A stretch of 62,936 nt of DNA, filler included, from Platydemus manokwari (lineage: Eukaryota), in the NCBI GenBank assembly GCA_037951405.1. It is 6 parts of 6 records of this genome, joined end to end, with 100 filler letters (N's around TTAATTAATTAA, not from the genome) between each part and the next. Parts side by side here need not be neighbours in the genome. Positions count along the whole stretch, not along the records: positions 53,611 to 62,936 come from JBBMOY011247541.1; 5 more parts are not named here. One strand, 5' to 3'. Of the stretch, positions 62,318 to 62,936 are shown piece by piece (the first letter of the stretch is position 1; every line of letters begins with the position of its first letter). Position numbers and translations under genes: made by a program. The notes under the pieces were generated by a model that saw only the letters and a list, made by a program, of their open reading frames with translations, was not told where the DNA came from and did no database searches.

Positions 62318-62936
62318 TAGTGGAAATTTTTTACTCTTCCTTTCATTGGATTTCAGTAAATTTCGGAACTGTGTTTTCTTCGGTGTTTATTTTTTGCATT
62401 CACCGTCTATTCTGACAGCTTATTGCCGAGAGAGTTTTACAAAATTCAATTATCGATTTATTCGAATTTCTTTTCGTATTATAGATTTTTTGGGAATTTT
62501 TCCATTAATAACTTTCTCATTATTTATAGACTGGGAAGTTTTAGATATTTCGATGAAATATATTTAGCTTAATTAACATAAAGCAGGACGTGATGTATCG
62601 TAAAAATACTTTCTCATAATTTCTTTATCGTGCTTGCTAATAATAATTCATGTCTATTAGAATGCACGAATTATTATTTATTTAATTAAGTGATTTTATT
62701 AATTAATACTAGAATAATATTTGGCTACATTGATAGATAGTAAATTATTTTATTTATAATTATAATAATTATTATTATTTTTGTAATTATTTCAATGTCA
62801 TTTTCATCCACTTATAAATGAGTGTCGATGTTCCCAATGTATACTCTTGTGTAGACCATCAATGGGTTAGCAAGTTGGGTTAATAAGCCATTATAACTTG
62901 TACAAAAATAATTATGAAATAAATGCGCCCATATTT

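Overview
Very AT-rich, intron-containing animal genomic DNA. The 42-52 nt minimal introns, gene content and TE load fit a planarian flatworm, but that is inference. The window is six contigs joined by an artificial 100-nt linker (N44-TTAATTAATTAA-N44), so adjacency across linkers means nothing. Hand-spliced genes: two internal exons of a SEPT7-type septin; a complete 7-exon NudCD3; a complete, divergently transcribed DNA-binding-domain-less nuclear receptor resembling NR0B (DAX-1/SHP); a compact FOG/ZFPM (U-shaped) gene with a dense GATA-site cluster in its putative first intron; a complete ADP/ATP carrier with fungal/plant-type signatures; the 3' (MoeA/E-domain) part of gephyrin; and three exons of CaMKII that the ORF track misses. 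Intergenic and intronic DNA holds decayed mobile elements: a Polinton/Maverick packaging ATPase, piggyBac, mariner, a hAT MITE and several Ty3/Gypsy relics. The best leads are the NR0B-like receptor, the GATA-to-FOG regulatory cluster, and arrays of abutting hairpins ending in TATA boxes near the Polinton relic. I found nothing that I can call a demonstrably new biological system from sequence alone.
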